A DNA stretch of 64,000 nucleotides, taken from Longimicrobiales bacterium (lineage in GTDB: Bacteria > Gemmatimonadota > Gemmatimonadetes > Longimicrobiales > Gaopeijiaceae). The translations under genes and the position numbers were made by a program. The notes beneath the pieces are model-generated. The model ran no database searches, was not told the origin of the DNA, and worked only from the letters and a program-made list of their open reading frames with translations. Shown in pieces: positions 38,386-48,669 of this stretch (the first letter of the stretch is position 1; each line of letters opens with the position of its first letter). The DNA lies in the NCBI GenBank assembly GCA_965202805.1, contig OZ241869.1, positions 2,112,001 to 2,176,000 of the forward strand, in the 5' to 3' direction.

Positions 38386-41304
38386 ATGGTGCATCCAACG
38401 TCGGACCACACACATCCCGGGGCCGGCAACGCCCGGCTGAGGAGGGCGGGCCTGACCGCCGCAGCGGTACTTCCGCTGGCTCTGGCGTTCGCCTTCGGCA
38501 CGCCCGGCGCCGTGGAGGCCCAGGACAGCGGCCAGGTCATCGGTCAGGTGACCGACCAGGCGACCGGACGCCCCCTGGTCCAGGTGCAGGTGTACCTCGC
38601 GGGCACCGGCCTGGGCACCCTGACCCGCGGCGACGGCCGCTTCCTGATCCTGAACGTGCCCACGGGCAACTACACGCTTACCGCGGAGCGCATCGGCATG
38701 CGCACCGCGACCGCACAGATCTCGGTCCAGGCAGGCCAGTCGACCACGGCCGATCTCGCGCTCGAGGAGGAAGCCCTCGGGCTGGACGAGATCGTGGTCA
38801 CCGGCACCGCCGGCCAGGCGCGCCGCCGCGAGGTGGGCTCGTCCATCGCCCAGGTGGACGTCGCGACCCTCCCCGACCCGGTCCCGGCGGTCGACCAGCT
38901 GCTGTCGGCGCGCGCACCCGGCGTGGTCGCGGTACGCACCTCCGGCATGTCCGGCTCCGGCTCGCAGATCCGTCTGCGCGGCAACGTGAGCGTCGCCATG
39001 TCCAACCAGCCGCTCGTGTACGTGGACGGGGTGCGCATCCGCAGCGATGGCCTGGCGCTGAACCACGCGGTCGGCCAGCACGTCGCCTTCGGGCCCAAGG
39101 ACGTCATGGGCCCCCTCAACGACATCAACCCCAGCGACATCGAGCGCATCGAGATCGTGAAGGGACCGGCCGCGACCGCCCTCTATGGAACGGAGGCGGC
39201 CGGCGGGGTCATCCAGATCTTCACCAAGCGCGGATCCGGGGGAGAAGCGCAGTGGTCCGCCCAGATCGACCAGGGCGTCAACTGGGTGCAGGAATTCGGC
39301 CCGCCCAACGCCCCCTACATGCGCCTCGATCCCTGGCTGCGCAACGGGCACCAGCAGCGCTACACCATGTCGGTCCGCGGAGGCAGCGACATCGTCTCCT
39401 ACTACGTCTCGGGGAGCCTCGACAACAACGAGGGCATCCTGCCGAATGACGCCGACCAGAAGTACCTGGGGCGCATCAACCTCGGGTTCCAGCCCCGCAG
39501 CGACCTCGACATCCAGGTCAACACCTCGATCACGCGCCAGCACGTCGAGAACTCGCCCAGCGGCTCGAGCCCGTACAGCATCTCGCACAACGGCTACAAG
39601 AGGGCGCCCCAGCGCCAGGCCCACGCCACCTACGTGCGCACATGGGAGGAGGATGTCATCACCCGCCTCCTCGACTACCAGATCGACACCGACGTGGACC
39701 GCGTGGTCGCCGGCATCACCACCACCTACACGCCGATGCCGCGCTTCACCAACCGTCTTACGCTGGGCCTCGACCGGCTCGCGAGCGACATGCGCAACAT
39801 CCGGCCCTTCGGCTACGTCAACGACCCCAACGGTTCCGTCTCCGACCGCACCTGGACGGCCGAGCAGCTCACGGCCGACTACGTGGGCAGCTTCGACCTG
39901 CGGCTCACCGAGAGCTTCCGCACCAGCCTCTCGTGGGGCGGGCAGTCGGTGGTGGCGCGCGACACCGACCTGGGGGCCAGCACCAACGCGCTCCCGGGAC
40001 CCGGCGAGCACACCGTCACGAGCGGCGCGTCCTATCAGGCCCGGGAGGCCCGCTCGCGCGTCGTGAACGCGGGCATCTTCGGTCAGACGCTGCTCGACTT
40101 CAGCGATCGCTACTTCCTGACCCTGGCGCTGCGCATCGACGGCAACAGCGCCTTCGGCAGCGACTTCGGACTTCAGCCCTACCCGCGCGCCACCTTCTCG
40201 TGGGTGATGTCCGACGAGAGCTTCTGGCCGCAGGACATGGGCGAGATGAAGGTCCGCGTGGCCTGGGGGCACGCCGGCAGGGCTCCGGGCGCGTTCGACG
40301 CGGTCCGGACCTGGCAGGCCATCCCATGGCTGGGTCAGACCTCCTTCAACCCGCTCAACGTCGGAAACGAGAACCTCGGTCCCGAGCGTACCATCGAACT
40401 CGAGGCGGGCTTCGACGGCGTCTTCTACGACGACCGCCTCAGGGTCGGGTTCACCTACTACAATCAGGAGACGCGCGACGCGCTCATCCCGGTGCAGCTG
40501 GTGCCCAGCCTGGGCTTCACGGGCTCGCAGCTGCGCAACGTGGGCGTGCTGTCCAACAAGGGTCTCGAGCTCAGCCTCGACGGCACCGTGGTGCAGAGCC
40601 GCGCGCTCAGCTGGGACATGGGGCTCACCGTCTACACCAACAAGAGCCAGGCCGTGGATCTCGGGGGCAACGCCGGATTCGGCGTCAGCGGCGGGGGATG
40701 GCTGGAGGAGGGTCAGCCGGTTCCGGCGGTCCGCTTCGACCGGCTCATGAACTCCGACGACATCGCGGAGCCGGTGGTTGAGCGCAACCACATTTGGGGC
40801 CCGAACCAGCCGACGCTGACGGTCACGCCCAGCACTTCCGTGACGCTGGGCAGCGGCATCGTCGTGTCGGCGCGCGGCGAGTACATGGGCGGACACTACA
40901 TCTACGACCGCCAGAGCACCACCTCGGCCCAGCGCGGCCAGGTCAGCCCGCTCTGCGACGACGCCGTTCCGGCCCTGCAGGCCGGCCAGCGCAGCCAGCT
41001 GACGGCCTTCGACATCTTCACCTGCAGCGGTGAGTTCAGCGCGCGCCTCGTCTATCCCAACGACTTCTTCCGCGTGCGCGACCTGACCGTGCTGACGCCC
41101 TTGCCCTTCGCCGTCCCCGGAGCAAGCACCGCCACCCTTACGCTCTCCGTCCAGAACTTCTGGACGTGGAAGAACGCGGATTTCCTCGCCATGGACCCGG
41201 AGATGGCCGGCAACGAGGGGATGAGTTCCGGGATCACGCGCTCGATCTGGGAGCATCCGCCGCCACCGGCGAGCTTCATCGCTTCCCTCAGGATGACCTT
41301 CTGA
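38386..41304 (+). CDS. susC: SusC/RagA-like TonB-dependent transporter, copy A
   Basis: CarboxypepD_reg-like N-domain, LDEIVVTG, IRLRG, PLVYVDG, DINPSDIERIEIVKGPAATALYGTEAAGGVIQIFTK, LRIDGNSAFG, LGPERT; C-terminal Phe. Confidence 0.92.
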   Translation: MVHPTSDHTHPGAGNARLRRAGLTAAAVLPLALAFAFGTPGAVEAQDSGQVIGQVTDQATGRPLVQVQVYLAGTGLGTLTRGDGRFLILNVPTGNYTLTAERIGMRTATAQISVQAGQSTTADLALEEEALGLDEIVVTGTAGQARRREVGSSIAQVDVATLPDPVPAVDQLLSARAPGVVAVRTSGMSGSGSQIRLRGNVSVAMSNQPLVYVDGVRIRSDGLALNHAVGQHVAFGPKDVMGPLNDINPSDIERIEIVKGPAATALYGTEAAGGVIQIFTKRGSGGEAQWSAQIDQGVNWVQEFGPPNAPYMRLDPWLRNGHQQRYTMSVRGGSDIVSYYVSGSLDNNEGILPNDADQKYLGRINLGFQPRSDLDIQVNTSITRQHVENSPSGSSPYSISHNGYKRAPQRQAHATYVRTWEEDVITRLLDYQIDTDVDRVVAGITTTYTPMPRFTNRLTLGLDRLASDMRNIRPFGYVNDPNGSVSDRTWTAEQLTADYVGSFDLRLTESFRTSLSWGGQSVVARDTDLGASTNALPGPGEHTVTSGASYQAREARSRVVNAGIFGQTLLDFSDRYFLTLALRIDGNSAFGSDFGLQPYPRATFSWVMSDESFWPQDMGEMKVRVAWGHAGRAPGAFDAVRTWQAIPWLGQTSFNPLNVGNENLGPERTIELEAGFDGVFYDDRLRVGFTYYNQETRDALIPVQLVPSLGFTGSQLRNVGVLSNKGLELSLDGTVVQSRALSWDMGLTVYTNKSQAVDLGGNAGFGVSGGGWLEEGQPVPAVRFDRLMNSDDIAEPVVERNHIWGPNQPTLTVTPSTSVTLGSGIVVSARGEYMGGHYIYDRQSTTSAQRGQVSPLCDDAVPALQAGQRSQLTAFDIFTCSGEFSARLVYPNDFFRVRDLTVLTPLPFAVPGASTATLTLSVQNFWTWKNADFLAMDPEMAGNEGMSSGITRSIWEHPPPPASFIASLRMTF

Positions 41305-41360
41305 TGCGGCCGGCGAACGGGGGGAAGATCATGAACGCGATTACGAGGGAGGCGTCAGAC

Positions 41361-42629
41361 ATGCACAAGATCAGACTTGCGGGCGTTTCGCGCCGCGTGG
41401 TCCAGGTCGCCGCCGTGGCTGTTCTCGGCCTGACCGGCTGCGATCTGGAAGTCACCAATCCGGGCCCCGTGCAGGACGAGTTCCTGAACGACACGCAGGC
41501 ATTCCCGTCCGTCCTCCAGGGGGTCAGGCGCGCGTCCGCTCTGGCCTACACGCGGCTGGCCTACGACTCGGGGCTGACGAGTTTCGAGGGAACGCCGGGA
41601 GGGCTCGTCGACTCGGAGTTCTACAACGGAAAGCTCACCTCCGAGAACGTGGACGATCACTGGGACCGGGCACAGCAGGCGCGCTGGATGGCGGAGGACG
41701 GCGTGCGCCGGCTGCGCGAAGCCCTGGAGGGCGAGTTCAGTTCCAACCAGATCGCCGGAAGGCTTCTGGTTCTGTCCGGCTATGCGAACCGCACGCTCGG
41801 CCACAACATGTGCGTCGCGGTGTTCGATGGAGGGCCGGAACTGCCATCCAGCGACTTCCTGAACCGGGCGGAGGAGTACTTCACCGAGGCGATCAGCGTC
41901 GGCAACGCCTCCGGGGCCTCCGACATCGCGCTCGCCGCCCAGGCCGGGCGCGCGGACGTGCGCATGTGGCTCGGAGACTGGAGCGGCGCCCGCAGCGACG
42001 CGTCGGGCATCCCCACGGACTTCGTGTACCAGCTCCACCACTACGATCTGGACGATTTCCCGGACCCCAACGAGGTCTACTTCCGCGGGGCGTCGGATCC
42101 GTGGCGCGAATACACGATCTGGGGCACCTTCGCAGAGGGTTACTACACGGAAACCGGGGATCCACGAATGGCGTGGAACGAGATCCCGGACGCCGTCACC
42201 ATGGTGTACAACCTGCCCTTCTACGTTCAGCAGAAGTTCACGAGCAAGACATCGCCGCACACGCTTGCATCGGGACGGGAGATGCTCCTGATTCAGGCGG
42301 AGGAGATCCTGGTCAACAGCCCCGGCAACTTCCAGGGGGCGATGGACATCATAAACCAGGTCCGCACCAGCGTCGTGAGCGACCATACGGGCGAGGCCCT
42401 GCCTCCCGCGACCGCCGCCAATGTGAACGAGGCGTGGACCGCGCTCAAGCAGGAGCGGCGCGTGGAGCTGTGGTTCGACAACCGCCGCTTCGCCGACCTG
42501 CGCCGCTGGGACAACGAAGGACGCCCCGGATCGACGCCCATGGAGGACATGTCGGGCCGCAGCCGCTGCTTCCCGGTGGGCGTGACCGAGGTCGACACCA
42601 ACTCGAACCCGCTCAACCGCGTGAGCTAG
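41361..42629 (+). CDS. susD: SusD/RagB-like lipoprotein, copy A
   Basis: Lipobox LTGC, EMLLIQAE, INQVR, ERRVELWFDNRRFADLRRW. Directly follows susC. Confidence 0.88.
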   Translation: MHKIRLAGVSRRVVQVAAVAVLGLTGCDLEVTNPGPVQDEFLNDTQAFPSVLQGVRRASALAYTRLAYDSGLTSFEGTPGGLVDSEFYNGKLTSENVDDHWDRAQQARWMAEDGVRRLREALEGEFSSNQIAGRLLVLSGYANRTLGHNMCVAVFDGGPELPSSDFLNRAEEYFTEAISVGNASGASDIALAAQAGRADVRMWLGDWSGARSDASGIPTDFVYQLHHYDLDDFPDPNEVYFRGASDPWREYTIWGTFAEGYYTETGDPRMAWNEIPDAVTMVYNLPFYVQQKFTSKTSPHTLASGREMLLIQAEEILVNSPGNFQGAMDIINQVRTSVVSDHTGEALPPATAANVNEAWTALKQERRVELWFDNRRFADLRRWDNEGRPGSTPMEDMSGRSRCFPVGVTEVDTNSNPLNRVS

Positions 42630-42667
42630 CAAGCCGAGGCGCGGGGGAGCCCGCCGGGAGGTCTCTG

Positions 42668-43945
42668 GTGCAGACAGGTGCGGTCGATGCCGCTCAGGAC
42701 GTCATCTTCGACTGGAACCAGTTGCACAAGCGGGCTCCCCTCGCACCCGGTCGCTTCGAACTTGTCGACGAGACCCTGAGGGACGGCCTTCAGTCCCCTT
42801 CGGTCACCGACCCCACCATCGAGCAGAAGGTCGAGCTCATCCACCTCATGGAGGACCTCGGCATCCGGATGGCGGATGTGGGGCTTCCCGGGGCGGGCAA
42901 GCGCGCGCAGGACGACGTCCGGGCGCTGGTCGAGGAAATCCGCGACAGCCGGATGAAGCTCCAGCCCATGTGCGCCGCGCGCACCATGGTTCGCGACGTG
43001 GAGCCGATCGCCGACATCGCCCAGAAGACGGGCATGCCCATCGAGGTCTACGCCTTCATCGGCTCGAGTCCCATCCGACTCTACGTCGAGTCCTGGACCG
43101 TCGACACGCTTCTGCGCCGCATCGAAGAGACCGTGACCTTCGCCATGCGCGAAGGACTCGACGTCTGCATCGTGACCGAGGACACCACGCGCTCGCGGCC
43201 GGACGTGCTGGATCCGCTCTTCCGACAGGCGGTGCGGATGGGGGTGCGCAGACTTTGCCTCTGTGACACGGTGGGACACGTTACCCCCGACGGAATGAAG
43301 AACCTCTTCGACTGGACCCAGTCGCTGATCCGCGGCATGGGCGAGCCGGTCGAACTGGACTGGCACGGCCACAACGACCGCGGCCTGGGCGTCACCAACG
43401 CCATTCTGGCCATCGAGTACGGCGCCACCCGGGCCCACGGCACCGGATTGGGCGTGGGCGAGCGTGTCGGGAACGCCTCCATCGACCAGATGCTGCTCAA
43501 CCTCAAGCTGCTGGACGAGTGGGACCACGATCTGTCGAAGCTCGGCCGCTACTGCCAGGCGGTGGCACGCTATTGCCGAGTGGACATCCATCCCAGCTAC
43601 CCCATGGCCGGACGCGACGCCTTCCGCACGGGCACCGGGGTGCACGCCGCAGCGATCATCAAGGCGCTCAAGCGAGGTGACCGGAAGCTGGCCGACCGGG
43701 TGTATTCGGGCGTGCCCGCCAATTGGTTCGGCCGCGGGCAGGAGATCGAGATCGGCCACATGAGCGGGCTGTCCAACGTCAGTTACTGGCTCGCCTCGCG
43801 TCGCATTCCCGCCGACGACGAGCTGCGCTCGGCGATTCTGACCCGTGCGAAATCGTCCAATCGCATCCTCACCGACGAGGAGATCATGGAGATCGTCCGG
43901 GCGCATCGGGGCGACCCGGTGGAGGAGGCGATCGCCGAGGGCTGA
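42668..43945 (+). CDS. 2-isopropylmalate/homocitrate synthase-like DRE-TIM enzyme without the C-terminal regulatory domain
   Basis: DETLRDGLQ, EDTTRS, LCDTVG, WHGHNDRG, GVGERVGNA, GVHAAAI, IGHMSG.SNV. GTG start with GGAGG RBS. Confidence 0.82.
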   Translation: MQTGAVDAAQDVIFDWNQLHKRAPLAPGRFELVDETLRDGLQSPSVTDPTIEQKVELIHLMEDLGIRMADVGLPGAGKRAQDDVRALVEEIRDSRMKLQPMCAARTMVRDVEPIADIAQKTGMPIEVYAFIGSSPIRLYVESWTVDTLLRRIEETVTFAMREGLDVCIVTEDTTRSRPDVLDPLFRQAVRMGVRRLCLCDTVGHVTPDGMKNLFDWTQSLIRGMGEPVELDWHGHNDRGLGVTNAILAIEYGATRAHGTGLGVGERVGNASIDQMLLNLKLLDEWDHDLSKLGRYCQAVARYCRVDIHPSYPMAGRDAFRTGTGVHAAAIIKALKRGDRKLADRVYSGVPANWFGRGQEIEIGHMSGLSNVSYWLASRRIPADDELRSAILTRAKSSNRILTDEEIMEIVRAHRGDPVEEAIAEG

Positions 43946-44042
43946 GGACAGCGACGAACTTCCCTCGACACTCGAAGCGGATTCGTTCCGCGAACTGCCG
44001 AGGACCCGGCAGAGATAGCGGCGGCGCTTCGCGCTGACGAAG

Positions 44043-44522
44043 CTACCTGATCAACCGCAGCGTCCACCCCGTCATGAATTCCGTGATGGGCCCGCCGCCG
44101 GTTCCGGCTGGTTCTCCCTCGATCGACAGGAGCAGCCCCAGGCCGAGCGCGGCGCCGACGCCCACTGCAGCCCAGGTGCGGGTCGGGTTCAGCTCCCTGC
44201 GGGAGATGGCCTCGATGTCGGGGATCGCGAGAGAGACCGGATCCGTCGCCGCCGATCCCAGTTCCGGCAGCAGGTTCAGCCGTCCACCGTCCAGGTCGAC
44301 CACGGTACCCTCGACCTGCGTTCTCCTCTCCAGTTGCGGGGGGAGCCGGTCGACGGCCTGCTCGAACACGCGCAGCCGCACCGCTTCCCCGGGCGCCACG
44401 CTCTCCACCCCCACCTGGGTATAGCTGTAGCAGGCGCTGACGAGCGGAAGCACGAGGAACACCCGGAGTCGGCGAAATCGGCTCCGGCATCGGGAGGGCT
44501 GGAGCGGGTTCCCGTGTTTCAT
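44043..44522 (-). CDS. Hypothetical lipoprotein (paralog of 54620-55129)
   Basis: Lipobox VSAC-YSY, small beta domain and a C-terminal hydrophobic helix (RTWAAVGVGAALGLGLL). Start uncertain. Confidence 0.65.
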   Translation of the reverse strand: MKHGNPLQPSRCRSRFRRLRVFLVLPLVSACYSYTQVGVESVAPGEAVRLRVFEQAVDRLPPQLERRTQVEGTVVDLDGGRLNLLPELGSAATDPVSLAIPDIEAISRRELNPTRTWAAVGVGAALGLGLLLSIEGEPAGTGGGPITEFMTGWTLRLIR

Positions 44523-44770
44523 GGGCGAACACCTGGGCGAGGGCTGCGGGACGAAACGGGAGACAGCGCGTCCCCCAAGGCAAACGGGTCCCCCAAGGTA
44601 ATAGCGTGGCTGACGGAAGTAACGTTGGCCATCGAAGGCAGTGCACTCAGGCAGACAACGCTTCATTGGCGATGACTGTCCATGAGAGTGCGCGACACCG
44701 TTCCGGTCTCGCCGGCCGGCCTGACGCCGCCGGCCCTCCGACACCACGCCCGAGAGGAGCTGATCCCAGG

Positions 44771-45163
44771 ATGTCCCGACTCATCGCCCTTGTCCTCGCC
44801 CTCACGCTGGCCTCCGTTCCCGCCACTCCGGCGGCGGCCCAGACTGCCTCCGACTTCTCCGCCGTGCTCGGCGCATGGGAGATGACCCTCGAGACACCAC
44901 GCGGCAGCATGACCCAGACGCTGACCTTCGTCGCCGACGGCGACGAGCTGACGGGCTCGGCCATGGCTCCCAACGGGACCATCCAGCTTCAGAACGTCGC
45001 CTTCGAGGATGGGCGGGTCAGCTTCGAGGTGACGCGCAGCTTCCGCAATCGCGAGATCACCCAGAGCTACAGCGCCACCATTGAGGGCGGCCAGATGACG
45101 GGCACGGTTTCGGGGCCCCGCGGCGGCCCGCGGGAGTTCACAGCCGTGCGGCCGACCACCTGA
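44771..45163 (+). CDS. Small exported beta-rich hypothetical protein
   Basis: Signal peptide ending AAA-Q, GAWEMTLETPRG...GDELTG...MTGTV...FTAVR. GAGGAG RBS. Confidence 0.72.
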   Translation: MSRLIALVLALTLASVPATPAAAQTASDFSAVLGAWEMTLETPRGSMTQTLTFVADGDELTGSAMAPNGTIQLQNVAFEDGRVSFEVTRSFRNREITQSYSATIEGGQMTGTVSGPRGGPREFTAVRPTT

Positions 45164-45286
45164 CCGCACCCGGACGCGCGCGACCGCCCGTTTCGCGTTA
45201 GCATCCCTTCCACCACATCGGCCCGCCGCGCCGTGCCGGCGGCGGCCGGCGAGAGCGACCGGGATGCACACATGCGGGAGGAGACC

Positions 45287-46575
45287 ATGGCCGGGTTGTC
45301 GCGACGCGCGTTCGTGGGGACAGGCGCGGCCGGCGTGGCCGGCGCCTGGTTGGCGGGGTGCGAACAGAACGCGCCGCGGACCGACGACAGCGCACCCCCG
45401 GGGCCACCGGACGACGCCCCCCTGGCCCGACCGGACGGGGTCGACGACCCCGCATGGGCCCATGTGCGGGCGGCCTTCAGCCTCGAGGCCGGCACGGCCT
45501 ACATGAACAACGCCGGCCTGGGCATGCCCCCCGCGAGCGTCGCGCGCGCCGTCGCCGACGGATACCAGGCGGTCTCGCGCGCACCCCGGCGGGCCACCGG
45601 CGAGCTCGGCGAACTCGTCGCCGGGCGGGTCCGTCCCGGCCTCGCGGCCTTCCTGGGAGCCGACGAGGGCGAGCTCTCCCTGACCCGCAACGCCACCGAG
45701 GCGCTCCACCTCAGCGCCGCCGGCTTCGACCTGCGCCCCGGCGACGAAGTCGTCTTCACCACCCAGGAGCACCCGGCCGGCCGCCGCCCCTGGCAACTGC
45801 GCGCCGCCCGCGACGGGGTCGTGACCCGCGAGGTGTTCATCCCCAGCCCGCTCCCCGGTGGGGACCAGGTGGTCGAGGCCTTCGAGGCCGCGCTCACCCC
45901 CCGCACCCGGGTGCTCGCCTTCTGCCACGTCACCCGCGGCGGCCACCTCTATCCGGTCGGCAGGCTGGCGGCCCTCGCGCGCGAACGAGACATCCTCACC
46001 CACGTGGACGGCGCGCAGGCGGTGGGCATGTTCCCGATCGACCTCCACGCCCTGGGGTGCGACACCTACTCGGCCAGCCTGCACAAGTGGTTCCTGGGCC
46101 CCATGGGCACTGGTTTTTTGTACGTGCGTGCGAGCGCGCGCGAGCGCATCCGCTCCGCCTTCGCCTACGACGCCACGCCCGACAACCCCGCGTTCGAGCC
46201 CCCCGGCACCAACGATGTGCCGGTCCGCGCCGCTCTGGCCGCCTCCCTCGCGTTCATGGAACAGGTCGGCATCGACCGCGTCGAGGCCCGCACGCGCTTC
46301 CTGTCCGATTACCTCAAGGAGCGCCTCGCCGGGCTGCCGGGAGCCCGCCTCGTCAGCGGTGCGACCCGCGAAACCAGCGGTCCCGCGTCGACCATCTTCG
46401 AGCTGGAGGGCGTCGACGCCGTCGCCTCGGTGCCGGTCATTGCCGAGCGCGCCTCCATCCACATCGACGAACATCGCCGCGACGGCCACGAAGCCATCCG
46501 CGTTTCCACGCACGTGTACAACACCACGGCGGAGATCGACCGCCTCGTCGAAGCGCTCGCGGGCATCCGCCCGGC

Positions 46576-46579
<4 letters not shown>
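45287..46579 (+). CDS. Class V PLP-dependent enzyme (isopenicillin-N epimerase/cysteine lyase-like), Tat lipoprotein
   Basis: SRRAFV, lipobox LAGC, YMNNAG, TRNATEAL, TTQEHP, HVDGAQAVG, SLHKW (PLP Lys), IRVSTHVYN. Confidence 0.88.
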
Positions 46580-48510
<1,931 letters not shown>

Positions 48511-48669
48511 TGGCGAAGCCCGGGGTTTCGCTGTAGAATCAAGGCTGCGGGGTTGTCTCCGTCCGGTATGGGGTGTGTCCCGCAGGGACGGGCCCGGCGG
48601 CGGAGGGTTTTCGAGGATACCGCACTCGTCGCGCACGGGCGGGTCAGGCAGAGAAGCGGGGACGACGGC

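Noticed and set aside
44570..44598. GTCCCCCAAGG direct repeat (period 18) as a CRISPR remnant
   Set aside because: Only two 11-bp copies with a 7-bp gap and no cas genes.
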